64,000 bases of DNA from Candidatus Parcubacteria bacterium (GTDB lineage: Bacteria > Patescibacteriota > Saccharimonadia > UBA4664 > JBIOIQ01), in NCBI GenBank assembly GCA_963718875.1, contig OY970378.1, forward strand, positions 388,631-452,630. The letters run 5' to 3'. Each line of letters opens with the position of its first letter. Positions within the stretch are counted from its first letter, which is position 1. The notes under the pieces are model-generated. The model had not been told where the DNA came from, made no database searches, and worked only from the letters and a program-made list of their open reading frames with translations. This document shows positions 28,197-39,030 of the stretch, one piece after another. The translations under genes were made by a program, and so were the position numbers.

Positions 28197-30695
28197 TCAG
28201 AGATCTTTTAGGAGCTTTTGGACGGCTCGCGTAATTTCAGGGATTGATAAATCGGGGTCGATTTTGGCAGCGGGACCGATTTTAATCGTGACTTTTCCAA
28301 AGTGAGGAAGCTGGTGTTTGTCTCCTGCCATGATTTTTTCTAGCCCCATATGTTTAATTGGCACTACGGGTACTTGTAGTTCTTTAACCATCCAGCCAAT
28401 TCCGTTTTTGAAAGACTGCAATTGGCCGCTAGGTGAATGTTCGCCTTCGGGGAAAAACAAGACGTTCCAACCGGAATCTAGTAATTCGCCGGTGTATTCC
28501 AAGCTGCGCTTAAAGCCTGTTTGCTTGGGGAGTGGGTAAGAATTAACCATTAATGCAGTGTAGTAGTCGTAAAGGCGCCATAATAAATGGTTTAGGGATT
28601 GGCTTTTAAATAATGGGTCTCCGGCATTTAAGAAATATTCTTTCCAGGTTGCCACAGCTATATTTTGCCTGACATTCCAAGGTAAAGACATAAGAACGTT
28701 GGGAGCGTCAAAGTAGCCGATGTGATTGGATATAAAAATGACTGGTTGGTCGAGATTATTTAGATTGTGACGCCCGATAACCTGGCGGCGGCAAAATAAT
28801 CGGATGACGTTATCGGCTATTATCAAATTAAAGCTGGCTCTGATAATTTTAGGCACAGGACTAAGTAGCCAGCGTCGAAATGTAGTGGAGTCTTTCCCGG
28901 TTTGACGGTTTTTGATAAGTGCTTCCAGTTCCGAAACAGTAGTATTGGCCTTTATATCTTCTTCGACTAAGTCGATATTGAACTCTTGCTCCAAGGCGGT
29001 TATAAGCTCAACTCGACCGACGGACGTCAGATTAAGATCCAAAGCTAATCTTGCTTGTGGTCGGATCAAGTGGGGTTGAGTTTGGCAGACCTGAGATATT
29101 AGGTGGTAAAGTTTTGTTTGTGGGTTGAGTGGGGGTGTGGCAGAAGCGTTAGGACTATCGGTGAGTTTTTCAATTACCAGGGGCTTTTTGATCTTCATTG
29201 TGGTAGTGCGCGGAAAGTCGTCTTGGTGCCAGATTCCGGAAGAGGTAATGCGCTGATTTTCGTTCAACTGCAAATTGGTGGAATCGATGATTTGTTTTAG
29301 GTTGGCCTGGTTATTGCTGAGTATTACTTCTGCGTGAATTTGCTCGCCTTGCTTGCTAGGAAGGGCAACGACGCATATGGCTTTCACCCCCGGCTGCTTG
29401 CTTAAGATAGCTTCGATGTCTTCAGGGTAAATATTTAAGCCCGCACTGGTGACGATAACGTCTTTTTTACGTCCTTTGAGATAAACATAGCCATTACTAT
29501 CAACCCCGCCAATGTCACCAGTTTTCATCCAGCCGTCTTCAAACAGGGTCGTGGTTTTGTCGGAGTCTAGGTAGTAACCCGAAGTAATGTTGCCCCCACG
29601 AGCGTAGATTTCTCCATCTGGCCCAAACTTTAGCTCTACTCCAGGTAGAGCTTTGCCGACTGATCCAGTTACGACTGTGTCTAGCGGGTTGGCGGTAAGG
29701 ACAGGAGCAGATTCGGTAAGGCCATAGCCCTGGATTACGCGAAAGCCTAGGTTATGCCAAAATGACTCCAGATCGTCACCTAGTGGTGCCCCGCCGCAGA
29801 TAAAATATTCAAAATGAGTGCCGAAACGTTGCCAGACTTTTCGAAATAAGATTTTTTTGCCCCATGCGGGTGCTTTGATTTGAGCTAAACGATTAAAGAT
29901 TTTGGTTTTGCCGTGTTTTTCGACTTCACGGGTGATGCCATCTGCAAGTAGTTGAAGCAAGCGAGGCACTATTACAATATTGGTGACATGCTCTTCTGCT
30001 AGGGTTTTAAAAATTAGCTTAGGGCGTAGGCCTTTCATATATATAATGGTGCAGCCTGCGCTTAGGGGTGTCAGGAAGCCGGGGTTTTGTTCGAATAAAT
30101 GACTAAGAGGAAGCAGGGATAGAAAGGTTTGGTCGGGGCGTACCTGAATGGTTTGTTTGATGGCTTGGATGTTGGCGATAAGGTTGCCGTGGGTTAGTAG
30201 GACTCCTTTGGGGTCGCCAGTTGTACCCGAAGTGTAGACGATTTCGAGCAAGTCGGAGCTGGCGATGGTTGGGTTGTTGGCTAGAGCGGGATCCAGGTCT
30301 TGAATTTGACTTAACAGTCTATCTAAAACCAGGGTTTTGACATCTATTTTGGAGGGAAGTTTATATTCGGAGTGGATTAACAACTTAGAATTAACTAGTT
30401 TTTGAATTTTGGCGACGTATTCGGCCGTAGCCAGGTAATCGATCGGGACTATAACAATTCCAGAACGGGCAGCAGCTAAAAAAATTATTCCCCAGTTCGG
30501 GCTATTAAAGCCCCATAAGATAAGTTGGTCTCCTTGCTTAAGTCCCAGTTGGTCGAGAAGGACGCAGGCTTGCAGGATCTGGTGGTGTAGTTCTAGGTAG
30601 GTGGTGCTGAAAGTACGAAACCCAGTTTTATATCTCAGGGCAGGCTTGTCTCCCTGGCTAGGGAAGGAACTGATAATGTCGCCAATTGTTTTCAC
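28197..30695 (-). CDS. Acyl-CoA/ACP synthetase-ACP-PlsC acyltransferase fusion (Aas-like)
   Basis: YTSGTTGDPKG, GYGLTE, TGD, GRKKD; ACP-like DLNLTSV; NHIGYFD (HX4D) and FPEG. Confidence 0.88.
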   Translation of the reverse strand: MKTIGDIISSFPSQGDKPALRYKTGFRTFSTTYLELHHQILQACVLLDQLGLKQGDQLILWGFNSPNWGIIFLAAARSGIVIVPIDYLATAEYVAKIQKLVNSKLLIHSEYKLPSKIDVKTLVLDRLLSQIQDLDPALANNPTIASSDLLEIVYTSGTTGDPKGVLLTHGNLIANIQAIKQTIQVRPDQTFLSLLPLSHLFEQNPGFLTPLSAGCTIIYMKGLRPKLIFKTLAEEHVTNIVIVPRLLQLLADGITREVEKHGKTKIFNRLAQIKAPAWGKKILFRKVWQRFGTHFEYFICGGAPLGDDLESFWHNLGFRVIQGYGLTESAPVLTANPLDTVVTGSVGKALPGVELKFGPDGEIYARGGNITSGYYLDSDKTTTLFEDGWMKTGDIGGVDSNGYVYLKGRKKDVIVTSAGLNIYPEDIEAILSKQPGVKAICVVALPSKQGEQIHAEVILSNNQANLKQIIDSTNLQLNENQRITSSGIWHQDDFPRTTTMKIKKPLVIEKLTDSPNASATPPLNPQTKLYHLISQVCQTQPHLIRPQARLALDLNLTSVGRVELITALEQEFNIDLVEEDIKANTTVSELEALIKNRQTGKDSTTFRRWLLSPVPKIIRASFNLIIADNVIRLFCRRQVIGRHNLNNLDQPVIFISNHIGYFDAPNVLMSLPWNVRQNIAVATWKEYFLNAGDPLFKSQSLNHLLWRLYDYYTALMVNSYPLPKQTGFKRSLEYTGELLDSGWNVLFFPEGEHSPSGQLQSFKNGIGWMVKELQVPVVPIKHMGLEKIMAGDKHQLPHFGKVTIKIGPAAKIDPDLSIPEITRAVQKLLKDL

Positions 30696-31018
30696 TTTTC
30701 TAGCACCACCGTTGCAATAGCGTAGTCACCATCATGGCTAATTGAAACGTTGTGTGAGAGGTAGTGGTCGAAAGTGGGGGAGAGTGCAATCTGGGGTTTG
30801 CCGTTTTGGTCGTAGGTTATGGCGATGTCGCGAAACTTTGGGATTATACCAACAGCTTTGAAGAAAGCTTCTTTGGCGGCAATGATCCCCGCAATGTGTT
30901 CAGGTTTGTGTCCTGGTAGTTCGCTTTCTTGAAAGAACTTTGCCAAGGTTTCAGGTTGATCAATCAACTTGGTGATGTTGGGAATATATACGATGTCTGT
31001 TCCGCAATGTATACTCAA
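30692..31018 (-). CDS. acpS: Holo-ACP synthase
   Basis: GTDIV, AAKEAFFKA, GKP, SISHDGDYAIA. Confidence 0.9.
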   Translation of the reverse strand: MSIHCGTDIVYIPNITKLIDQPETLAKFFQESELPGHKPEHIAGIIAAKEAFFKAVGIIPKFRDIAITYDQNGKPQIALSPTFDHYLSHNVSISHDGDYAIATVVLEK

Positions 31019-31233
31019 AAACCCACACTCCTTTGATACTTTGACTATAACATGAGTTTAAGGAATTGGGTGAAAGCTCTGCCTGGGGATTCAAGAGAAC
31101 CTCCAGGCAGAGCGAGACTATTCGCCCGACTCTGGGTCGGGGAAGTAGAAGGTGCCGTCGTCGTTCATGGCGGGCATGCCAGAGTAGAGAAGCATGTGTC
31201 CAGCGCGCATGGATCGATGAGCCATGCGCACGC

Positions 31234-31644
31234 GTGAAAAAGATCGAACCTTCAGATAAGATCTTTTTAGACCAGTCGACTATACCTGGTGCCGGGAGAG
31301 GGGTTTTTGCAAAACGAGCTCTTACTAAAGGGGAAGTCATCGAAGTATGTCCGGTTATCGAGATTCCGCTGACCGACTCATCGAACGACGATCAAAATGG
31401 ATCGTTAACTAACTACTTCTTTTACTTTGGGAATGGGCTTGCAGTGGTTCTTGGTTTCGGATCAATCTATAACAATTCTTACACTCCTAACGCAACCTAT
31501 ATCAAAAAGCCATCTGATGGCGTGGTAGAATTCCAGGCTACAGAAGATATTGAGGCCGGTATAAATATAATTGTAAATTACAACAACGGGGATCCTGATG
31601 ATAAATCGACATCTATGAATAAAGGTGTTCTCCTCGTAAGCTGA
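31234..31644 (+). CDS. SET-domain protein (start uncertain)
   Basis: STIPGAGRGVFA, GFGSIYNNSYTPNA, DIEAG..I.VNY. Confidence 0.8.
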   Translation: MKKIEPSDKIFLDQSTIPGAGRGVFAKRALTKGEVIEVCPVIEIPLTDSSNDDQNGSLTNYFFYFGNGLAVVLGFGSIYNNSYTPNATYIKKPSDGVVEFQATEDIEAGINIIVNYNNGDPDDKSTSMNKGVLLVS

Positions 31645-31828
31645 TATGGGTCTCGCCGTATGCGTATTTGCGTTAAGACCAGGTTAAGCGTTATAATGGA
31701 GTGAGTAATTTTCAGTTCACAATTTACAATTTTCCATTTTCAGCGGGCAAATCTATGACGGAAAATTGATAAATGAAAATTGAAAATTATATTTTGTTGT
31801 TGAATAAGGTGGACTTAGAAAAGAATTT

Positions 31829-33898
31829 ATGGCAGATAAACAAAACTATGGTGCGGCACAGATCCAGGTACTTGAGGGGCTAGATCCAGTTCGCAAGCGG
31901 CCGGGAATGTATATTGGTGGAACCGGTCCGGAAGGGCTCCAACATCTGATAACGGAGGTTGTCGATAACTCGATTGATGAGGCCATGGCCGGGCACGCCA
32001 CATTTGTAGAGGTGGTACTGATGGCCGATGGTGGTGTGCGCGTAACCGATGACGGCCGGGGAATCCCAGTCGATAAAGTTGCTTCCACCGGCAAAAGCGC
32101 TCTCGAGACCGTTTTAACTGTATTGCATGCCGGTGGTAAGTTTGGTGGCGATAGTGGATATAAAGTATCCGGGGGACTGCATGGCGTCGGTATTAGCATT
32201 GTTAATGCGCTTTCAACCAAAGTTGTAGCTGAGGTTAAGCGTGATGGCAAACTATATCGCCAAGAGTTCCAAATGGGTAAACCGATGGCTGACGTAAAGG
32301 TTGTGGGTACAGCCGAAGGTACAGGGACAACCATTACATTTTGGCCAGATGCCAGCATATTTGAAACTGTGGAATTTAATTACGACACTGTTTTGGAGCG
32401 CTTAAGGCATGAGGCATATTTAACAAAAGGTATCTTAACTAAGGTCATTGACGAGCGGACGAGCAAGCGTTTTAGCTTTTATTTTGAAGGTGGGATAAGA
32501 TCATACGTTGACCATCTGAATAGGAACAAAGAGGTCTTAAACGTGCCGCCTTTTTACGTCGAAAAGACCGTTAAAGATGCTGTAGTAGAACTGGCTATCC
32601 AATATAATGACGGTTACATCGAAAACGTAAAAGCATTTGCAAATCATATTTATAATCCCGATGGTGGAACGCATCAGGAAGGCTTCCGACGTGCTCTTAC
32701 ACGAGTTATTAATGAGTATGCTCGCAAGAATGGCTTATTGAAAGATAGCGAAGAAAATCTTACCGGTGAGGATGTTCGTGAAGGTATTACTGCGGTTATA
32801 TCCGTTAAATTACCTGATCCGCAGTTTGAAGGCCAGACAAAATCAAAATTAGGCAATCCTGAAATCCGTGCTTATGTGGAGCAAGTGTTGACCGAGTGGC
32901 TCAACTATTACATGGAAGAAAACCCCAATGAAGGGCGTAAGATTGTTGGTAAAGCGGCTCTTTCTGCCCGGGCTCGGATTGCGGCCAGGGCGGCTCGAGA
33001 TACGGTTATACGCAAAGGGGCACTTGATGGTATGACGCTGGCCTCAAAGCTGAGCGATTGTCGCACCAAAGACGTGCATAGGAGCGAATTATTCATTGTA
33101 GAGGGTGATTCTGCTGGTGGTTCTGCCAAAATGGGGCGTGATAGTGAATTTCAGGCCATTCTTCCGTTACGTGGGAAAATATTGAATGTTGAGAGAGCTA
33201 GACTTGATCGCATGTTGGGCAATAACGAAATCAAGAATTTAATTATTGCAATGGGTACTGGTATTGCTGACCAGTTTGAAGTTATCAAATTGCGTTATGG
33301 CCGCATTATTATTATGACTGATGCAGATGTTGATGGCGCCCATATTAGAACTTTGTTACTGACTTTTTTCTTTCGACATATGCCCGAGATTATAAATGAA
33401 GGTCATCTATATATTGCCCAACCTCCGTTGTATTTGCTGCAAGCGGGTAAACGTAAAAAATATTACGCTTATACAGATGAGCAGCGTGACCAACAGTTAG
33501 AAGAATTGATTGCTGCCCGAGCTAGCGGTAAGGCAGATCCTGAGGTGGAGGCGGAAATTATTGCTAGTAACGAAGAGGTTGCTGCGTCAGAAGGGATAGA
33601 TACTGAAGTGGTTGAAATAGACGAGCTTGAAACAGTAGTAATTGATGATGAAACTTCTGGTCGTCTGAAACGAGCCGGCATTACAAATATTCAGCGTTAT
33701 AAAGGCCTGGGTGAGATGAATGCAGAGCAACTTTGGGAAACAACTATGGATCCAGCAAATCGTATTTTATTAAAGGTGTCGGTAGAGGATGCCGAAAAAG
33801 CCGATGCCATTTTTAATAAGCTTATGGGTGAAGAGGTGCTTTTACGAAAAAACTTTATCCAAGCTAATGCTACCAGTGTAGAAAATTTGGATATCTAA
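31829..33898 (+). CDS. gyrB: DNA gyrase subunit B
   Basis: VRKRPGMYIG, SGGLHGVG, VEGDSAGGSAK, MTDADVDG, RYKGLGEM. Confidence 0.98.
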   Translation: MADKQNYGAAQIQVLEGLDPVRKRPGMYIGGTGPEGLQHLITEVVDNSIDEAMAGHATFVEVVLMADGGVRVTDDGRGIPVDKVASTGKSALETVLTVLHAGGKFGGDSGYKVSGGLHGVGISIVNALSTKVVAEVKRDGKLYRQEFQMGKPMADVKVVGTAEGTGTTITFWPDASIFETVEFNYDTVLERLRHEAYLTKGILTKVIDERTSKRFSFYFEGGIRSYVDHLNRNKEVLNVPPFYVEKTVKDAVVELAIQYNDGYIENVKAFANHIYNPDGGTHQEGFRRALTRVINEYARKNGLLKDSEENLTGEDVREGITAVISVKLPDPQFEGQTKSKLGNPEIRAYVEQVLTEWLNYYMEENPNEGRKIVGKAALSARARIAARAARDTVIRKGALDGMTLASKLSDCRTKDVHRSELFIVEGDSAGGSAKMGRDSEFQAILPLRGKILNVERARLDRMLGNNEIKNLIIAMGTGIADQFEVIKLRYGRIIIMTDADVDGAHIRTLLLTFFFRHMPEIINEGHLYIAQPPLYLLQAGKRKKYYAYTDEQRDQQLEELIAARASGKADPEVEAEIIASNEEVAASEGIDTEVVEIDELETVVIDDETSGRLKRAGITNIQRYKGLGEMNAEQLWETTMDPANRILLKVSVEDAEKADAIFNKLMGEEVLLRKNFIQANATSVENLDI

Positions 33899-33903
33899 TC
33901 ATG

Positions 33904-34038
33904 CAAGAAACAAGAAACAAGAAACAAATAACAAACAAGTTCCAAGCTACAAGACTTCAAATTCCAAATTGGTCGAATCTTTTGAATATTGGTGCTTGTG
34001 ATTTGTCTGTATCTTGTCCCTTGTATATTGTCCCTTGG
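33904..34038. repeat. 7-nt-periodic imperfect hairpin in the gyrB-gyrA spacer
   Basis: (CAAGAAA)n arm followed by a CTTG/ATTG-rich complementary arm. Confidence 0.7.
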
Positions 34039-34049
34039 AGTGAGATCTA

Positions 34050-36596
34050 ATGGACGAAGAAATCAAAACACCAGTTGAAGATGTGATTGATCGCGAGCCA
34101 AATCGCAGCATAGAAACTGAAATGGAGTCAAGCTACCTCGAGTACGCAATGAGCGTAATTGTAGCCAGGGCCTTACCGGACGTGCGTGATGGTTTAAAGC
34201 CAGTTCATCGACGCATCTTGTATGCCATGAATAATATGGGATTACGCTATACAGCCAAGTTTCGTAAAAGTGCCTTGGTAGTAGGAGATGTTTTAGGTAA
34301 GTATCACCCTCATGGTGACTCGGCGGTCTACGAATCAATGGTGCGCATGGCCCAAGATTTTTCGTTGCGGTACCCTTTGATTGATGGTCAAGGAAACTTT
34401 GGCTCGCTGGATGGTGATTCTGCCGCCGCCATGCGATATACCGAAGCGCGCATGACTAAGCTAGCAGGCGAATTGCTTCATGATATCGATAAGGATACGG
34501 TTGATTTTAGGCCTAATTTCGATGGTTTTGATAAAGAGCCCGTGGTGCTTCCTGCCAAAGTACCAAACTTACTTTTAAACGGCGTTATGGGTATTGCAGT
34601 TGGAATGGCCACCAATATCCCGCCGCACAACTTGAGGGAACTTATTGAGGCTTGTATATATTTGATCGAAAATCCCAACGCTACCACTGGCGAGTTAATG
34701 CAATTTGTTAAAGGGCCTGATTTTCCAACTGGTGGGATCATTTATGGGACGGAGGCAATTCGAGCGGCCTATGGTACAGGTAAAGGTTCGATTGTAGTGA
34801 GAGCGGTGGCAGAGATTGTAGAGGATAAAAAGGGCAATCAAAGCATTGTCGTGACTGAGATTCCCTATGCACTCAATCGAAGCGTTTTAGTAGATAAGAT
34901 TGCTGAGCTTCATCGCGATAAAAAAATTGTAGGTATTTCCGATTTGCGCGATGAAAGCAGTATGCGTGGAAGTACTAAAAGCTTAACGGGCGGCACAAAG
35001 ATCGTTATTGAATTGAAAAAAGATGCTTATCCCAAAAAGATCTTAAACCAGCTTTATAAGCTTACGCCTATGCAAACGGCTTTTCATGTAAACATGCTTG
35101 CTTTAGTCGATGGTATTCAGCCTCGTGTTATGACTCTAGAAATGATGTTAGCAGAGTTTCTTAAGCACCGCCGTAGCGTAGTAAGAAGGCGCAGTGAGTT
35201 TGAGTTGCGCAAGGCAAAGGATCGAGCCCATATCCTTGAAGGCTTAAAGATTGCACTTGATCACATTGATGAGGTAATCAAAACCATTCGTGCGTCAAAG
35301 AATGCTGAAGAAGCAAAAGTTAGCTTAATGTCCAAATTTAAACTGAGTGAGCTTCAGGCTAAAGCTATATTAGCAATGCAACTTAGGACCCTAACAGGCT
35401 TGGAGCGTGGGCGAATAGAAGCAGAACTGGCCGATTTAATGAAGCTAATAGCAGAGCTGGAAAAAATTCTAGGCGAAGAAAGTGAATTGTTAAGAGTAGT
35501 TCGGGAAGAGCTTGAAGAAATGAAAGAAATGTATGGAGACGAGCGGCGTACGCTGATTGTCCCAACTGAGCTTGGTAAATTTAGCGAAGAAGAGCTGGTT
35601 CCAAATGAGCAAGTGATAGTAACGCTGACAAACAGCAACTATATTAAGCGCATTCCATCTAATACTTACAAATCCCAGGGTCGGGGAGGAAAGGGTATTA
35701 TTGGGATGGGGACAAAAGAAGAAGATGTGGTTGACCACTTAGTACTAACACAGAACCATGATTATATTATGTTCTTTACAAATAAGGGTCGTGTATTCCG
35801 CTTGAAGGTGCACGAAATTCCGACTGCATCAAGGACAGCTAAGGGTCAGGCAATTGTGAATTTGTTGCAGCTACAGCCAGAAGAACGAGTGACTTCACTA
35901 ATTACAATGGAGTCTGACGCAAAGGCCGGATATTTGTTCATGGCAACCAAAATGGGTACGGTTAAAAAAACCTCGCTGTCTGATTACGCTAATGTGCGGG
36001 GGAGTGGGTTGATTGCAATTAAGCTTGATCCTGGTGATGAGCTACGTTGGGTTAAGGTTACGAGCGGGAAAGATGAAATTGTTATTTCGACAGCCTTGGC
36101 TCAAGCACTGCGTTTTAAAGAAATTGATGTTCGGCCGATGGGTCGAGCTACCCGAGGTGTAAGAGGAATTAGGCTACGGCCTGGAGACATGGTGGTGGGG
36201 GTAGACATTGCAATGCCCAACTCAGAGATATTAGTTATTATGGAAAACGGTTATGGGAAACGGACCAAGATTGACCAGTTTACAACTCATGCTCGAGGGG
36301 GCGTGGGTATAAAAGCTGGGGTGGTTACGGCTAAAACGGGTAAGACTGTTGAGGTGCGGGCTATAACTGATTTAACGGAGGACCTGGTTGTAGTTTCGAC
36401 TCAAGGACAAGTTATTCGCCTTGCTCTTAAAGGTATCTCGTCGATTGGAAGGGCGACTCAAGGAGTCCGCATTATGCGCATGAAAGAAGGCGACAAGGTA
36501 GCTTCGGTGGCGTTGATCGGTGAGACTAAGCTGGAAGCAGAGTTAGAAACGCACACAAGTTCTGAAACTGAACCTGATGTCAAGGAAGAAAAATAA
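34050..36596 (+). CDS. gyrA: DNA gyrase subunit A
   Basis: [29 protein letters not shown], GyrA box QGRGGKG. Confidence 0.98.
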   Translation: MDEEIKTPVEDVIDREPNRSIETEMESSYLEYAMSVIVARALPDVRDGLKPVHRRILYAMNNMGLRYTAKFRKSALVVGDVLGKYHPHGDSAVYESMVRMAQDFSLRYPLIDGQGNFGSLDGDSAAAMRYTEARMTKLAGELLHDIDKDTVDFRPNFDGFDKEPVVLPAKVPNLLLNGVMGIAVGMATNIPPHNLRELIEACIYLIENPNATTGELMQFVKGPDFPTGGIIYGTEAIRAAYGTGKGSIVVRAVAEIVEDKKGNQSIVVTEIPYALNRSVLVDKIAELHRDKKIVGISDLRDESSMRGSTKSLTGGTKIVIELKKDAYPKKILNQLYKLTPMQTAFHVNMLALVDGIQPRVMTLEMMLAEFLKHRRSVVRRRSEFELRKAKDRAHILEGLKIALDHIDEVIKTIRASKNAEEAKVSLMSKFKLSELQAKAILAMQLRTLTGLERGRIEAELADLMKLIAELEKILGEESELLRVVREELEEMKEMYGDERRTLIVPTELGKFSEEELVPNEQVIVTLTNSNYIKRIPSNTYKSQGRGGKGIIGMGTKEEDVVDHLVLTQNHDYIMFFTNKGRVFRLKVHEIPTASRTAKGQAIVNLLQLQPEERVTSLITMESDAKAGYLFMATKMGTVKKTSLSDYANVRGSGLIAIKLDPGDELRWVKVTSGKDEIVISTALAQALRFKEIDVRPMGRATRGVRGIRLRPGDMVVGVDIAMPNSEILVIMENGYGKRTKIDQFTTHARGGVGIKAGVVTAKTGKTVEVRAITDLTEDLVVVSTQGQVIRLALKGISSIGRATQGVRIMRMKEGDKVASVALIGETKLEAELETHTSSETEPDVKEEK

Positions 36597-36762
36597 CGTT
36601 TTTCCTCATTGTTAATTTTTACAAAACCTAAAGGTTCTTTCCGACATTCTTTAGTAATATTTCACAGTGCTGTCATGGCGAACTGGTTGTATTCTGTATA
36701 ACAGATCGTAAATAGGTGGGTGCATATCGGGTCCACTATTTATTTTTCTCTAATGGGGGCTT

Positions 36763-37752
36763 TTGGTGGCTAAAAGAGCAGCTAAATTTGTAACAACTTC
36801 TATAGTAACGGGTGTACTTTCGCTCGGTTTTGCTGTTGCCACTCATGCTGCAGATACCTCTGCAGCCGAAGTCGATAATTATTCAACAACTGTAGTAACG
36901 ACCCACAAAACTCAAACCATTTCTGTTGCAGAAAGTAATAGTAATATTAATAATGATTCGGACGGGAATGACTCAACTGAGCAATCTTTGTCGCAATATT
37001 CCAATGATGTTAATGTAACCCTACAAAGTTCTGTTAGTTCTAATGATTTAGAACTTAGCAATACAACTACTAGTACGAAAGTTGATACTACGGCAACTGA
37101 TGTTGACGGTAAGAGGTTGGGTTCTTCGGATTCTCATCTAAGTATGAGTCTGGTTGGTGCTGTGAACCCTGAGCTTAATAGTGGTTCTTTCGGACCCTCC
37201 TCTTCTAGTAGTTCTGCCCAAAAAACTTTAGCTGCGCCGACACCTGTAACTCCAGAGTTTCAAGCTCGTTTGCAGGCTAAAATGTCGCAATTAAGCGGAG
37301 GACATTCTGCAATTAGACACGCAGAGCCTTCGTACGGATTGGCGGCCTTAGATACGTCTGCCAACTTGCCTGATACGCCTGTAGCACCGGCTCCAGCCAA
37401 AGATTTGCCTATCCAAGGTGCTCTGGCAGGCATTTCTAATACTTTGTCGAATATTACTTTGCCTACAGTCCGTGAGTTTATGGTGGCCATGGTAGCTTCT
37501 CTTCGCACGACTATAACAGTAGGCTTAATTCTGGCCATTACCCTGATATCGCTTGTTTCTTTATCGGTAAAACGTCGCTTTGTTGATGAGTTAAAATCAT
37601 CGGGATACAGTCATGCTGCGCGGGCCGACGTCTCAGATTCTATTCTTTTTGCTACTCCTACAAAAGTGAGTTTTGCTTGGGCCGTACAGCCCAGCCAGAA
37701 GCTCACTTTTTTTGGTGTCAGAAACAAAGTATTAACGTTCCAAATCCAATAA
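36763..37752 (+). CDS. Secreted S/T/N-rich protein with C-terminal TM
   Basis: Signal peptide ending THA-A; TM helix; SGYSHAARAD tail. Confidence 0.7.
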   Translation: MVAKRAAKFVTTSIVTGVLSLGFAVATHAADTSAAEVDNYSTTVVTTHKTQTISVAESNSNINNDSDGNDSTEQSLSQYSNDVNVTLQSSVSSNDLELSNTTTSTKVDTTATDVDGKRLGSSDSHLSMSLVGAVNPELNSGSFGPSSSSSSAQKTLAAPTPVTPEFQARLQAKMSQLSGGHSAIRHAEPSYGLAALDTSANLPDTPVAPAPAKDLPIQGALAGISNTLSNITLPTVREFMVAMVASLRTTITVGLILAITLISLVSLSVKRRFVDELKSSGYSHAARADVSDSILFATPTKVSFAWAVQPSQKLTFFGVRNKVLTFQIQ

Positions 37753-37771
37753 GAAAGGAGGTGAAGATATA

Positions 37772-38455
37772 ATGACAGTCAAACGTGCAATTGCAGTAAC
37801 AAGTGTAGCCAGCATGCTTAGTTTTGGATTAACTGGATTAGCTCACGCAGATGAAGTGTCGGTAAGCTTGACCGGTCCAGGTTCCACTACAAATACTAGT
37901 ATTAACGAAACTACCAATGTCACGTCTAATACTAACAATAATGTAGCGGTTACAAACGTGAACACGCAGATTGCTACAAGCGGTAGCGCCAACGTAAGCG
38001 GTAATACAGTTGGAGGTTCAGCCACAACTGGCAACGCAAGCAATAATGCTACTACAACAACTGTAGTTGCGATTAATAATCCAGCTCCTGTATTCCCAGG
38101 AATGGGTAGTGCCGGTACACCAGGAGGTACTGGTGTTGGTGGTAGTAGTAATGTCGGTGGCGGAGGAGGTAGCGTTGGTGCAAGCGGAAGCGGTGGTTCG
38201 AGCCGCATTCTAGGTGCAGGTAGTGGTGGTAGCGGCGTTGGAGCAGCTATGACCTTGCCTCAAACTGGACCAAGCGACCAAATCGATGTTTCGGCTCTTC
38301 GCAGCCAAACCTTGAGCGCATCTGCCCCAGCACCAAGCATTGTTAAAAAGACCAATGGTTTTTCAACAATGTTGTTGGTAATCGCAGCCGCCCTAAGTTT
38401 GCTCGGGGCAGTTGGGAGCGCAGTGTTCTCTATTCGCCAAAAGCGAATGGTTTAA
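37772..38455 (+). CDS. Secreted repeat protein (one TGPGS..SGNT.GGSAT.G repeat), LPQTG and TM anchor
   Basis: SD AAGGAGGTG, signal AHA, Gly linker, LPQTG, C-terminal TM plus RQKR. Confidence 0.8.
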   Translation: MTVKRAIAVTSVASMLSFGLTGLAHADEVSVSLTGPGSTTNTSINETTNVTSNTNNNVAVTNVNTQIATSGSANVSGNTVGGSATTGNASNNATTTTVVAINNPAPVFPGMGSAGTPGGTGVGGSSNVGGGGGSVGASGSGGSSRILGAGSGGSGVGAAMTLPQTGPSDQIDVSALRSQTLSASAPAPSIVKKTNGFSTMLLVIAAALSLLGAVGSAVFSIRQKRMV

Positions 38456-38467
38456 GGAGGGTGTTCC

Positions 38468-38944
38468 ATGCAAGTTAGAAGTACCTTAACGAAAACATCG
38501 GCTATAGCACTCGCTATAACAGTAATATTACTAGGACTCTTGGCTTTCTTGAATCGGCAGCCCAAGTCCCTCAGCAAGGTAAAAGCTACCACCGAGTCTA
38601 GTAGCAATGTTGTTACTGCAGATCCAAAAGTGGATAGTGTAAAAAGTGCACCGGTTGATGTGACGGTTAACGGCCAGCATATAGATATGCCGGAAAATGG
38701 TTCGAAAACCATCCATTTAAATAGTGGCGAAAAGGTTGAGGTCAGTTCTACCCAAGAGGGTGGTTCTTCTACTGTAACTACGTCGCCCAATGGTTCGATC
38801 CAGGTTTCGACCCAAACGTCCAATAACAACTCTTCGGCTAGTTCGACAACCCAGGTTTTTAGCAGCAGCTTCAACCAGTCATCGAATTCGTCGCAAGATC
38901 ATGTGTTCTCGACTAGCAACAACAGCGTGCAAGTCACTCATTAG
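38468..38944 (+). CDS. Membrane-anchored S/T-rich protein
   Basis: SD AAGGAGG, N-terminal TM, VTVNG beta-rich region. Confidence 0.75.
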   Translation: MQVRSTLTKTSAIALAITVILLGLLAFLNRQPKSLSKVKATTESSSNVVTADPKVDSVKSAPVDVTVNGQHIDMPENGSKTIHLNSGEKVEVSSTQEGGSSTVTTSPNGSIQVSTQTSNNNSSASSTTQVFSSSFNQSSNSSQDHVFSTSNNSVQVTH

Positions 38945-39030
38945 AAAAGACTATGTCAAATAGCAGCCCATAGCGGGCCCTCGGGCCCGGTACTACAAAA
39001 AATAATTAACTAAAGAAGGAGTTTTCAAAT

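Noticed and set aside
31052-31237. 61-aa ORF or N-terminal extension of the SET protein
   Set aside because: No recognisable motif; reading frame ambiguous
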